Counted from the stretch's first letter, positions 17,678-27,152 are shown. The stretch: 63,280 nt of DNA from Candidatus Poribacteria bacterium (GCA_022822275.1 JAJEBZ010000043.1:1-63280); one strand, 5' to 3'. Numbers and translations are program-made. Notes: a model not told the origin generated them from the sequence alone.

Positions 17678-18631
17678 CTATCCACTGGTAGTTACCGCAG
17701 CAACAATTGCCTCAGCGACCACCTCTGCCGCAAGTATACCAACAGTATTGATACTGCTCCCCGCATGTGCACCTGTTGCAAGCGTAAAAAGCGTATCACC
17801 ATCAAACATTGTATGTGAAGGGCGAATTGCACGTGCCATGCCGTCGTGTGCCATCTCAGCAACCCGCGTCGCTTCTGCGACAGAAAGCACCGCATTTGTC
17901 GCAACAACACCTATGGTCGTATTCGTGCCGGGAACAACATTTGCATCTAAAAGTCGTTCCGTGATGTCCACCAAACAACCGTTTTCTTTACCACCTGCAA
18001 CTATCTCACCTGTAGTAGGAGACACAACGTTCCCCAATGCATTCACAACCGTCAGAGCAGCAACGATTAGACCGTTATCAAGTCGTTTGCATGCTGATCC
18101 CACCCCTCCGATGGAAGGCGTAACACCCGGTGCTTTTCCCACAGTTGCTCCTGTTCCAGCACCGACAACTCCCATCGCAACAGGTTCGGACGTGGCATCA
18201 AAACACGCCTGATAACCCATTTCTCTATTTGGACGCACCTTTGCATCACCAACAAATAGGTCAAAAATGACGGCAGCTGGAACGATCGGCACACGGACGT
18301 TTCCTGAACCAAATCCAACGCCTTTTTCCTCAAGGTATTGGACGACACCGCCTGCAGCATCTAATCCGAAGGCACTTCCACCTGTCAACAGGATTGCATG
18401 TACTTTCTGAATTAAACGTCCGGGACGAATTGATTCTGTTTCTCGCGAGCCGGGGGCAGCCCCGCGCACATCAACGCCTGCTGTTGCTCCTGCTGGACAA
18501 AGGATAACGGTACATCCTGTCCGCGCAGTTGCATCAGTAGCATGCCCGACCTGTATTCCTTCAATTGCAGTAAGCGTCTGGTTTGTTGGTGTCATACTCA
18601 TAACTATAACGGATTTATCTTTATTCCGCAA
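17678..18631 (-). CDS. DmpA/BapA (peptidase S58, P1) family aminopeptidase
   Basis: LTAIEGIQVGHATD..TGCTVIL, and GTNTTIGVVATNA, the self-processing Ntn site region. The true start may be MSMTPT. Confidence 0.8.
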   Translation of the reverse strand: MRNKDKSVIVMSMTPTNQTLTAIEGIQVGHATDATARTGCTVILCPAGATAGVDVRGAAPGSRETESIRPGRLIQKVHAILLTGGSAFGLDAAGGVVQYLEEKGVGFGSGNVRVPIVPAAVIFDLFVGDAKVRPNREMGYQACFDATSEPVAMGVVGAGTGATVGKAPGVTPSIGGVGSACKRLDNGLIVAALTVVNALGNVVSPTTGEIVAGGKENGCLVDITERLLDANVVPGTNTTIGVVATNAVLSVAEATRVAEMAHDGMARAIRPSHTMFDGDTLFTLATGAHAGSSINTVGILAAEVVAEAIVAAVTTSG

Positions 18632-18638
18632 GCGATAA

Positions 18639-18869
18639 GGTGTGTAAAGTTTTTGTCACCTTTTTTGTCAGAATCGCAGATTTCGCGGATTAGGTTCTGA
18701 ATCGCAGATTGCGCGGATTACGCGGAAGGCGCGGAAAAGACTGCTGCAACAAATCTTATTGCTGAGATGATGCATCTACTATACTATATACCCTCATGCA
18801 GGTATCTTCTCCGTGTAATCTGTGTAATCCGTGATTCTGACAACATACATGCCAAAAACTTTACACTCC
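18639..18869. repeat. Palindromic element bounded by GGTGTGTAAAGTTTTTG / CAAAAACTTTACACTCC, with GTAATCCG-type arms
   Basis: Border motifs at 18639-18655 and inverted at 18853-18869. Inner arms GAATCGCAGATT(T/G)CGCGGATTA and GTGTAATCTGTGTAATCCGTGATTC. It fills a divergent promoter region. Confidence 0.7.
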
Positions 18870-18965
18870 CCTTACTGTCAGGGTTATTGTAAAACTTCTT
18901 GACACTTTTCTGCTTTACATGGTATTTTTTAATATCCTAAACCTATTTTTAGACGAGGTGAGAAC

Positions 18966-20714
18966 TTGAGTATTGTTGTTCACGTCACGCACGAAGCCAT
19001 CCAAAAAATGGGGGGTATCGGAGCAGTATTGGAAGGGTTGCTAACAACACACAGCTACAACGAAGGGGTGGAGCGTACCTTTCTCGTCGGTCCGCTTTTT
19101 TCTGGTGCCGATTTAAAAGCGTTGGATTCAGTGTTGTATCACGCAGCAGAAGGTATTCGAACAACACCACACGCTGAGGCACTGAGTGATATTGAAAAGA
19201 CTTACCATGTGGAAATTGTCTATGGACAAAGACGGTTTGAAAGTAAGGACCCCCAGATTACTATACTTGCAGATGTTCTGTTGATCAATGTTTCTAATAG
19301 CAATGTAGAGTTGGCGGGGCAGTTCAAGTGGCTGCTCTATGAACATTTTGGCATTGAATCAAGTCGTTACGAGAGTCAATGGGAATTTGAGGAATATGTA
19401 CGTCTTGCAGAACCCGCTTATGGTGCGCTACGGGTACTCATCGGTGAAGAAACTAAATCCCCAGTGTATATTATATCACATGAGTTTATGGGGATGCCGC
19501 TTGCACTCAAAACGCAGATTGAACGGAAGAACGGAAACGGCGCAGCAAACATGCGTACTATCTTTTATGCTCATGAAGTGGCAACGATACGACCCATCGT
19601 TGAAGGACATCCCGGTCATGATGTGCGTTTTTATAATGCGTTAAATCGGGCAAAAACAGAGGGAATGTTGATCCGAGATGTGTTCGGTGATCCGTTCTGG
19701 TATTATAAACACGCGTTGATTGACAAAGCACACCTCTGTGATACGATCTTTGCTGTCGGCGATCTCGTTGTGGATGAACTCCGTTTTCTGGCACAACCGT
19801 TTGAGTCGTATCCTATCAATCTTGTCTACAACGGAATTCCTGCGTTTAAGATGAGTATAGAGGATAAGTTAGCGTCAAAAGCGCGTCTTCAAAAGTATGC
19901 GAGAACACTTCTTGACTATCGTCCCGATTATGTTTTCACGCATGTTACACGGCTTGTCAAAAGTAAAGGATTGTGGCGTGATCTTCAAGTACTGACGCAT
20001 TTGGATTCCCTGCTTGCATCCAATGACAAAACTGCTGTGCTATTTATACTCTCAACAGAAATTGCTACCGGTCGACCACACGAGGACATCCGTGAAATGG
20101 AACGCGAATATGGTTGGCCTGTCCATCATAAAATCGGTTATCCTGATTTGGTCGGTGCTGAGATTGAATTGAATAACGGCATCTCTGCTTTTAATCTGCA
20201 GTCTAAAGCTATTAAGGTTGTTTTTGTCAATCAATTTGGTTGGGATCAAGCGTCTTGTGGCACGCGAATGCCTATTGATATGGAGTTTATGGACATCCGT
20301 AAGGGGAGTGATGCAGAATTTGGACAGTCAATTTATGAACCTTTCGGAATTGCACAAGTGGAACCGCTCAGTTTTGGTGCGATCTGTGTTGTTAGCAATG
20401 TCTGTGGTTGTTGTGGTTTCATTCAACGTGCTACAGACAACAACGAGGTACCAAATGTCGTTATCGCTGACTATACTCACCTGAATTCAGCTCCGAAGTC
20501 GTTAGAAGATGTCTTGAACATCGGTTTGGCGGAACGAACGCAGATTGAAGTTGAAAATAGCCGTGACATCGCAGCGAAACTGCTGGGGCGTTTACCACGA
20601 AAACAACGTGACGTTGAGGATATGATTAAAGAAGGCTATGAGATTGCCTCCCGTATGAGTTGGGAGGTCGTTGTGAAGGATTATTTCTTGCCCGGATTGA
20701 AACAGACATTATAA
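18966..20714 (+). CDS. Glycosyltransferase, glycogen-synthase (GT3)-like
   Basis: TTG start. N-terminus VHVTHEAIQKMGGIGAVLEGLLT resembles the E-V-x-N-K-V-GGI-x-T-V motif of GT3 glycogen synthases. Family assignment is tentative. Confidence 0.5.
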   Translation: MSIVVHVTHEAIQKMGGIGAVLEGLLTTHSYNEGVERTFLVGPLFSGADLKALDSVLYHAAEGIRTTPHAEALSDIEKTYHVEIVYGQRRFESKDPQITILADVLLINVSNSNVELAGQFKWLLYEHFGIESSRYESQWEFEEYVRLAEPAYGALRVLIGEETKSPVYIISHEFMGMPLALKTQIERKNGNGAANMRTIFYAHEVATIRPIVEGHPGHDVRFYNALNRAKTEGMLIRDVFGDPFWYYKHALIDKAHLCDTIFAVGDLVVDELRFLAQPFESYPINLVYNGIPAFKMSIEDKLASKARLQKYARTLLDYRPDYVFTHVTRLVKSKGLWRDLQVLTHLDSLLASNDKTAVLFILSTEIATGRPHEDIREMEREYGWPVHHKIGYPDLVGAEIELNNGISAFNLQSKAIKVVFVNQFGWDQASCGTRMPIDMEFMDIRKGSDAEFGQSIYEPFGIAQVEPLSFGAICVVSNVCGCCGFIQRATDNNEVPNVVIADYTHLNSAPKSLEDVLNIGLAERTQIEVENSRDIAAKLLGRLPRKQRDVEDMIKEGYEIASRMSWEVVVKDYFLPGLKQTL

Positions 20715-20751
20715 TGTCTTAATTTGTTTAATTGTAAAGGAACTAACGTGT

Positions 20752-21612
20752 ATGAAAAAAGTACGTGATTCTAATGATCCAATGCCACTGGCTCCAGATG
20801 AGAAATTGATGACACCTGAACAAAAGTTCTTCTTTGATCTTCGAGGTTGGATTTTATTACCATCAGTATTATCAGTTTCTGAAATAGAAGATATGAAAGC
20901 GGAAGTGTACGCAGGTGCAAAACACTGTTATCAAGGCGCACTCCAGAATTTACTTGACCATCCTGCTATTGTAGGGATTCTAAACGAAATCCTTGCTGAT
21001 GAACGATTTATCTTTGACGATTGCTACGGCTTTCGGTGTGAGAATTCGATCACAACGGTCAGGAAGCCTGGCTGGACTACCTATTCTGATAGAGGCACTG
21101 CCGTACCACATGTCGTGCGACCTCCGCAACAAGCAAATGCAATGCGGTATCAGGTGGCAGGTGGAAAGATATTTGCAGGACTCACACGTGTGATTTGGGA
21201 ACTTGAAGAGGTGAAAGCTGGACAGGGTGGGACTACTTTTCTAAGTGGGTCTCATAAGGCACATTTCAACTATGGCGGACCGGATCCAAACCGTCCGAAT
21301 ATTAGTGAATCTCCTTGGGAGGATAAAATAAAGGGCATGATGGAGGACTATAGTTGTCCCCCTGGGTCAGTACTTATTTTTACTGAGAGTGTTATACATG
21401 CTACCAACAACTGGACGAACCCCGACAATCCGCGTTGTGCTGTGTTTAATTGTTACAACTCAATCTGGGCTCAATGGTTTCGCTTGAATCTAAGTCATGA
21501 AATAATAGAAAAGATGCCAGAAAAACGCCAATCCTTATTCCGTGGAACTTGGGCAATCGGTGGGGGGCCTGGTGGAAACCGTCAGTATTCATTGGATAAT
21601 ACGACCAAATAA
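20752..21612 (+). CDS. PhyH-like dioxygenase-fold protein, tandem paralog 1
   Basis: EQKFFFDLRGWILLP, LSGSHKAHF, FTESVIHATNNW. The position aligned to HxD reads HVV. Confidence 0.6.
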   Translation: MKKVRDSNDPMPLAPDEKLMTPEQKFFFDLRGWILLPSVLSVSEIEDMKAEVYAGAKHCYQGALQNLLDHPAIVGILNEILADERFIFDDCYGFRCENSITTVRKPGWTTYSDRGTAVPHVVRPPQQANAMRYQVAGGKIFAGLTRVIWELEEVKAGQGGTTFLSGSHKAHFNYGGPDPNRPNISESPWEDKIKGMMEDYSCPPGSVLIFTESVIHATNNWTNPDNPRCAVFNCYNSIWAQWFRLNLSHEIIEKMPEKRQSLFRGTWAIGGGPGGNRQYSLDNTTK

Positions 21613-21649
21613 TTCACCAAATAATTCTAAGACTATTGAAGGAGATATA

Positions 21650-22489
21650 ATGTCAAAAGAAATGTTAAATGATGTACCTGTGCCAATGACTGAAGAACAG
21701 AAGTTTTTCTTTGATCTTCGCGGTTGGATTTTATTACCATCAATATTATCGGACTCGGAAATCGAAGAGATGAAGGGGGAAGTATATGCGGGCGCAAGAC
21801 AAAGTTATCAGGGCTCTCTTCAGAACTTACTTGACCACCCTGCGATTGTTGGTGTTCTGAATGAAATCCTATCTGAAACCCCTTTTGTACGCGATGATTG
21901 CTACGGATTTCGTTGTGAAGGGTCTTTTACCACTGTCCGAGAACCCGGTTGGAGCAAGTCTTCACGAGGTGACAACGGTTTGCCTCACGTCGTGCGTCCT
22001 CCACAACAAGCAAATGCAATGCGGTATCAAGTTGCTGGCGGAAAGATATTCGCTGGATTGACACGTGTTGTTTGGGAACTTGAAGAGGTGAAAGCAGGAC
22101 AAGGCGGCACCTCTTTTCTGAGTGGGTCTCATAAGGCACATTTTAACTATGGCGGACCTGACCCTTACCGTCCGAACATCAGTGAATCACCGTGGGAGAA
22201 TAGCATGCGTGGGATGATGGATGAATATAGCTGCCCACCCGGTTCAGTCGTCATCTTCACTGAAAGTCTTGTGCATGCAGCAAACGACTGGACGAATCCT
22301 GACAATCCACGCTGTGCGGTTTTTAATTGCTACAATTCAATTTGGGCACAGTGGCATCGGTTAAATTTGAGTCATGAAATCATTGAGACGATGCCGCCGA
22401 AAAGACAATCACTGTTCCGCGGGACATGGGCGATTGGGGGCGGTCCTGGTGGAAATCGTGCGTATTCTTTAGAGAATAATACTACGTGA
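21650..22489 (+). CDS. PhyH-like dioxygenase-fold protein, tandem paralog 2
   Basis: Start moved to MSKEMLND (ATG 21650), preceded by GAAGGAGA. By eye, roughly four-fifths identical to paralog 1. Confidence 0.6.
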   Translation: MSKEMLNDVPVPMTEEQKFFFDLRGWILLPSILSDSEIEEMKGEVYAGARQSYQGSLQNLLDHPAIVGVLNEILSETPFVRDDCYGFRCEGSFTTVREPGWSKSSRGDNGLPHVVRPPQQANAMRYQVAGGKIFAGLTRVVWELEEVKAGQGGTSFLSGSHKAHFNYGGPDPYRPNISESPWENSMRGMMDEYSCPPGSVVIFTESLVHAANDWTNPDNPRCAVFNCYNSIWAQWHRLNLSHEIIETMPPKRQSLFRGTWAIGGGPGGNRAYSLENNTT

Positions 22490-22690
22490 TTCAATAGAGC
22501 TTAGAGAGCAATAAGAAGCCACATCTACTGAAAAATGTACACAAAAATGCCAGAGTGTCTGGCTCTGGCAACCCAACATAGACATACCTTGAAGGTAGAG
22601 GTCACGGTTGGCTGTCCCTAGCTTTCCCAGTGGAAAAGCACCGTCCATACGGCACGTATTCGGGCAAAGGTATACTATTTATTAGTTGTA

Positions 22691-23042
22691 ACTATAGTTT
22701 GGACAGTTTTCATCTCGTCCAAGTTGGGTATTCAACGAAACGTCTATTTTCTATAGGTTTCGCATATTCGTGAAACTGACGAAAATGCTGCACTCCAGCG
22801 GAGTGCTATGTTTATAGAAAACGGTATACCCACATTCTCGCACTCCAGCGGAGTGCTATGTGCGGCACCTACATACCGCTCCGCTGGAGCGGAGGTGTCG
22901 GTTGACAATGTAACTATAAACATATTGCTCCGCTGGAGCAAAGAGGGTTTCCGTTATGTTCGTTGTGTCTTGATTTGGTAATATAGACGGTAAACCAATT
23001 TCTTATCAACTCATGTTTGGAAAAAATTGTCCAAACTATAGT
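22691..23042. repeat. MITE-like element with 20-bp terminal inverted repeats and internal CTCCGCTGGAG palindromes
   Basis: ACTATAGTTTGGACAGTTTT (22691-22710) versus AAAATTGTCCAAACTATAGT (23023-23042). Inside, GCACTCCAGCGGAGTGCTATGT occurs twice, plus two inverted CTCCGCTGGAGC copies. Confidence 0.6.
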
Positions 23043-23085
23043 AATTGTAACACAAAAAACTTTGTCAAGTTTTTGCCGAGGTAAC

Positions 23086-23298
23086 TTAACCACCCTGAAC
23101 TGCACGAATTATCTCCACAACACTCCCATCTTCAAGAATGAATGTTTCCCACTTGGATTTCGGTATTACCTCTCTATCCACAGCAACAGCAATGCCTGAC
23201 TTTAGCGGATTCATATTTAGTTGTTTAATCAATTCTGTGATGTTCAAATTCGGCTGAACCTTTTTATCTTCACCATTTATAAGTATTTGCATATTCAA
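23086..23298 (-). CDS. thiS: Sulfur-carrier protein ThiS
   Basis: 70 aa with a ubiquitin-like pattern, ending in VQGG. Confidence 0.85.
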   Translation of the reverse strand: MNMQILINGEDKKVQPNLNITELIKQLNMNPLKSGIAVAVDREVIPKSKWETFILEDGSVVEIIRAVQGG

Positions 23299-23306
23299 AC
23301 CCTATG

Positions 23307-24443
23307 TTATTTCGTAAACCTATCCAATTGAAATAATTCTATTGTGTGAGATGTTTCACCAGTGACAATCAAATTTGCAATTTCATAAGCAGTAAGTGGG
23401 GTTAGTAAGATACCGTTGCGATAGTGTCCAGTGGCATATATCAGATTTTGAATAGGTGTCTTGCCAAGTATAGGTGCGTTATCTCTGCTACCGGGACGTA
23501 ATCCTGCCCATGTTTCCAAGATGGGCAATTCATATATGCCGGGGACGACTTCCCATGCCCCGCGAAGCAACTCAAACATACCCCCTGCGGTGAGACGGGT
23601 ATCAAATCCCATCTCCTCACTCGTTGCTCCTACGATAAGTCTGTTATCTTCACGTGGGACTAAATACACCGAAGTGGGATACTTTGCCCGAACGGTTCGG
23701 ATAACCGTCTTTATTGCAACGCCTCCCTCCATCTGTAATGCCAACATCTGTCCTTTGACAGGGCGTACTGGCGGACACATAGCATCCGGTATGCCTCCAA
23801 CCTGTGCGGACCAACACCCCGCAGAGAGCACGCACACATCACTTTCATGAATTCCATTTTTCGCCTGAGCTCCAATGGCAATTCCGTTTTCAATGACGAT
23901 TTTTTCAATAGGTGTGTTTTCATATAAGACACCTCCGCATCTCTGATAGGCACGTTGTAATGCCGTTAGCATCAATCTGTTATCTACCTGATAATCTGTT
24001 GCACAGTGAATTGCAGCGGTAACGCGCGAAGAAAGTGCGGGTTCAATTTCTCGCACGTCCCGACCAGTCAACCAATTCACATCTAAACCTAAGTTCTGCT
24101 GTGCATCAAAGAGGTGGTGTAGCTGCTGTGCATCATCCTCATCTAAACCGACTATTAGCGTGCCTTCGACCCGATAGCCGATGGACATATCAGCATCTGC
24201 TTCTAATTCCTCAACCCATTTTGGGTAAAGTGCTAAACTCTTGCAGCCTAATTCCAATAGTTCAGATTCTTCGGTATGTGCTTCTGCAAGTGGTGCAAGC
24301 ATCCCCGCTGCAGCCCATGACGCGCCACGTCCAGCACGGTTCTGTTCAAAGATAGCAACAGATGCACCCAACTTCGCAAGCTGCCAACCGATACCCAGCC
24401 CTATCACACCACCACCGATGATGCATATCTCTTTATCTGTCAT
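23307..24443 (-). CDS. thiO: Glycine oxidase ThiO (FAD-dependent)
   Basis: MTDKEICIIGGGVIGLGIGWQLAKLG dinucleotide fold, DAO-family body, position next to thiS. Start moved to 24443, overlapping the upstream stop by 11 nt. Confidence 0.85.
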   Translation of the reverse strand: MTDKEICIIGGGVIGLGIGWQLAKLGASVAIFEQNRAGRGASWAAAGMLAPLAEAHTEESELLELGCKSLALYPKWVEELEADADMSIGYRVEGTLIVGLDEDDAQQLHHLFDAQQNLGLDVNWLTGRDVREIEPALSSRVTAAIHCATDYQVDNRLMLTALQRAYQRCGGVLYENTPIEKIVIENGIAIGAQAKNGIHESDVCVLSAGCWSAQVGGIPDAMCPPVRPVKGQMLALQMEGGVAIKTVIRTVRAKYPTSVYLVPREDNRLIVGATSEEMGFDTRLTAGGMFELLRGAWEVVPGIYELPILETWAGLRPGSRDNAPILGKTPIQNLIYATGHYRNGILLTPLTAYEIANLIVTGETSHTIELFQLDRFTK

Positions 24444-26016
24444 TTTCTTTTGCAGATTTCGCTTCCTCTTCTTCATCAATTAAGTTGACAAACAGATCTT
24501 CTGCCTTAACCGATTTGGAAATCAACCCTTTTTCAAGTGCAAATTTCGTGAATGCGTCCCACTTCTCTTTGGATTGGATCTGTGTTGTAGCAAATAAATC
24601 CAGAGTATCCTTGAATGCCATTTCTTCCAGTTTTTTGTTAGCTTCAGGATTTGCTTTTAAAAACATTTGCAATGCAGCTTCAGGATTCTTCTTTGTCCAT
24701 TCAATCGCATCCTGAATTGCCATCATGAGTTTTTTAGCGGTTTCAGGATGTTCTTCTAAATACTCATCATTCGTGATTATCACTAACTCGTAATAGTCAG
24801 GTATACCGTGTTCCTCAAGCGGGAAAAAGTCTGCTTCAGCCCCTTCCAGTTTTAGCATGTTGATCTCATAGTTACGAAATGGACCGATCACAGCATGGAT
24901 CTGACCACTCAGCAGCGGTGCCAAGATATTTGTACCAACGCTAATCAGTTCGTAATCATCTTTCTTTAATCCCGCATTCTCCGCAATTGCCTTGAACAGA
25001 AGCACATCCAAAGGCGCGACTGTATACCCGATTTTCTTTCCTTTGAAATCAGCAGGGGTCTTAATTCCTGTTTTCTTTAAAAAACTTATCGTGTTCAGCG
25101 GATGATCAACAAGTAATCCTATGGATTTCACAGGTAATTCCACTTCGCTTGCGCGAGCAATCGTAACACTTTGCTGATAACTTACTGCAAACGGTGCTTT
25201 TCCAGCTGCCACAAGTTTTATCGGCGCATCCGGATCCCCACCCCAACGTAAATCTACATCTAATCCGTAAGCAGCAAAGAGCCCTTTTTGTTGTGCAACA
25301 TAAAGCGGGACGTGATCTATATTTGGCAACCACTCCAAAAGCAAAGTCACCTTCTCTCTTTCAGATTGAGGAACTTGGTAACTCGCTTTTACAGCAGCAT
25401 CCACACCGACGAACATACTCCAGTTTCCCCAAGATTGACTTACCTTCACCAGCATCAAGTTATCACCCTTTTTCAGGTTAACTTGAAACATATCATTATA
25501 ACCCCCTGAACCTCGGTCAATTGGGTTTTTATGGACCACTTCACCGTTGAGCCACACTTTTATAGAGTCATCACTGCCAACACTCATCGTCACATCATTC
25601 TGAGCACTTGCAGATTCAAGCGTAATCAAACCATAAGCTGAATAATCTAACACTTCACCATCTGTCCAATCCAATTTCTCAAAGAGATCTGTAAGGTTAT
25701 CAACCTCACCAAAGAAAGCATAAGTGTTTTCAAACCCATTGAAGCGAAGTTCACTGAGTGTCCACGCATATTTGCCAACGAAGTCACCAGCTATTGCTCC
25801 GTTATTTGCAACATCTATCTCTGTGATGTCACCGTCGCTGGCAACTGCAAGAGAATCCACATCGGTGGATTTGGCACCACCCTGATCTGGTTCGGTTGGG
25901 GCGATCATCCAAAGCCAAGGGCCGGATATATATTCTTGAGCATTGCAAGGAGACAAACAGAACATTGAAACCGCAAAAAGTGTAAAGTAAAGAATAAAAC
26001 AAAACCTCGTTTTCAT
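24433..26016 (-). CDS. NMT1/THI5-like (ThiY-type) periplasmic substrate-binding protein with an extra ~240 aa N-terminal beta-sandwich-like domain
   Basis: Signal peptide MKTRFCFILYFTLFAVSMFCLSPCNAQ after an AGGAGG site. C-terminal half LLLEWLPNIDHVPLYVAQQKGLFAAYGLDV fits NMT1/ThiY. N-terminal half (SIKVWLNGEVVH..GDNLMLVKVSQSWGNWSMFVG) looks LamG/lectin-like. Confidence 0.75.
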   Translation of the reverse strand: MKTRFCFILYFTLFAVSMFCLSPCNAQEYISGPWLWMIAPTEPDQGGAKSTDVDSLAVASDGDITEIDVANNGAIAGDFVGKYAWTLSELRFNGFENTYAFFGEVDNLTDLFEKLDWTDGEVLDYSAYGLITLESASAQNDVTMSVGSDDSIKVWLNGEVVHKNPIDRGSGGYNDMFQVNLKKGDNLMLVKVSQSWGNWSMFVGVDAAVKASYQVPQSEREKVTLLLEWLPNIDHVPLYVAQQKGLFAAYGLDVDLRWGGDPDAPIKLVAAGKAPFAVSYQQSVTIARASEVELPVKSIGLLVDHPLNTISFLKKTGIKTPADFKGKKIGYTVAPLDVLLFKAIAENAGLKKDDYELISVGTNILAPLLSGQIHAVIGPFRNYEINMLKLEGAEADFFPLEEHGIPDYYELVIITNDEYLEEHPETAKKLMMAIQDAIEWTKKNPEAALQMFLKANPEANKKLEEMAFKDTLDLFATTQIQSKEKWDAFTKFALEKGLISKSVKAEDLFVNLIDEEEEAKSAKENDR

Positions 26017-26147
26017 CAAAAGTCCTCCTACTTTCAGGAATGGAGATTCAGTTTCTGACAGGTTGTGTGCCTGCATTCTGAAACCGAACTTCAATTATTG
26101 AATTTCATAATTTTTAAAATATTTCTGATCTTTGCATTATATCAATC

Positions 26148-26280
26148 TTATAGTGAAATCCAAAAATATAGGCACACCCCCGGTAGGTGCGGTTAGGAAA
26201 CCGCAAATCAACGGTATGAATGCCATTTAGGCATTCCCCGCCTACCAGGGATGTAAAAGTAATTATAGATTTCACTATAA
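26148..26280. repeat. MITE-like palindromic element, TATAGTGAAATC ends
   Basis: TTATAGTGAAATC ... GATTTCACTATAA termini. Inner hairpins CCCGGTAGG/CCTACCAGGG, GCGGTTAGGAAACCGC and GAATGCC/GGCATTC. Confidence 0.6.
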
Positions 26281-26318
26281 TAGTCTAATACCTTCGCTAA
26301 AAATCTTTGAATACCTTA

Positions 26319-27083
26319 TTAGGTATTTGATATATTTCTCTGATGTTGTCGCCACGGCATGGCAAACCGTTCCAGCAACGACATTATTACAAACAAACCC
26401 AAACCCATCAACGTTAGGCAAAATATAGCTGCGAATACGAGTGAAGTCCGAAATTGGGCGTTTGAATACTCCATCAGAAATCCAAGTCCTTCACTCGCTC
26501 CAACCCATTCCCCAATTACTGCACCAATCGTAGAGATGGAGATCCCAATCTTTGCTCCTGAGAAGATAAATGGCAATGCAGATGGAATCCGCACTTTCCA
26601 TAGAATCTGCCATCGCGTTGCACGAAGAATTCGAAAAATGTTCACCATATCAGGATCTGTTGACTTCAAGCCGTCCATGGTGTTAAGCACGATTGCAAAA
26701 AACACGATTATTGCCGCCATAACAACTTTTGACGCGATGCCGAACCCAAACCAAGTCACTAACAATGGGGCAATTGCAAACACAGGTACAGTTTGTGAAC
26801 CGATAACATAAGGGTAAAAGGCTCTCTCCAATATTGGAAATTCAAACATAAACACTGCTAAAGGAATTCCTACGGTAATTGCCAATAAGAACCCCAAAAG
26901 CATTTCTTGTAATGTCACCCAAGAATGTCTCAACAACGATTCGCGTTCTTCAAATACTGTCACCAATATTTCGGTAGGGGCAGGTAAAATGAAACGTTTT
27001 ATATCAAATAAGTAAACTGCTGCTTCCCATATTCCCAATACTGCTAACAGGATTGCCACTGGCAACACATATTTGCTAAACAT
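26319..27083 (-). CDS. ABC transporter permease, NitT/TauT (ThiX-like) family
   Basis: 6 TM segments and an EAA-like loop (DGLKSTDPDMVNIFRILRATRWQILWKVRIPSALP). First gene after the TPP riboswitch. Confidence 0.8.
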   Translation of the reverse strand: MFSKYVLPVAILLAVLGIWEAAVYLFDIKRFILPAPTEILVTVFEERESLLRHSWVTLQEMLLGFLLAITVGIPLAVFMFEFPILERAFYPYVIGSQTVPVFAIAPLLVTWFGFGIASKVVMAAIIVFFAIVLNTMDGLKSTDPDMVNIFRILRATRWQILWKVRIPSALPFIFSGAKIGISISTIGAVIGEWVGASEGLGFLMEYSNAQFRTSLVFAAIFCLTLMGLGLFVIMSLLERFAMPWRQHQRNISNT

Positions 27084-27100
27084 CCATTTTTGTTCCTAAC

Positions 27101-27152
27101 AAAAAAACCGTCTTCCGTTTTTGGTATAAGAAACATGCCAAAAAGGAAGCGG
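27101..27152 (-). terminator. Intrinsic terminator acting as the riboswitch expression platform
   Basis: Minus strand reads CCGCTTCCTTTTTGG ... CCAAAAACGGAAGACGG followed by TTTTTTT, located between the aptamer and the permease start. Confidence 0.55.

Noticed and set aside
17673-18212. 179-aa plus-strand ORF rich in Ala/Thr/Pro/Ser
   Set aside because: It lies entirely antisense to the well-supported DmpA-family gene. Its composition is typical of shadow ORFs, and it has no ribosome-binding site.
21542-21649. N-terminal extension of PhyH-like paralog 2 that overlaps paralog 1
   Set aside because: Paralog alignment begins at MSKEMLND/MKKVRDS, and GAAGGAGA precedes the ATG at 21650.
22787-22940. 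Possible small CRISPR array (repeated GCACTCCAGCGGAGTGC palindromes)
   Set aside because: There are only two direct and two inverted copies, with irregular spacing and mixed orientation. They lie inside a terminal-inverted-repeat-bounded element, with no cas genes or leader.
23461-23850. 129-aa plus-strand ORF (and the 150-aa ORF at 26359-26811)
   Set aside because: They are antisense to thiO and to the ABC permease respectively, and have no motifs.
26017-26094. 26-aa N-terminal extension of the substrate-binding protein
   Set aside because: AGGAGG lies directly before the ATG at 26016, which begins a classical signal peptide. The extension is hydrophilic and placed ahead of it.
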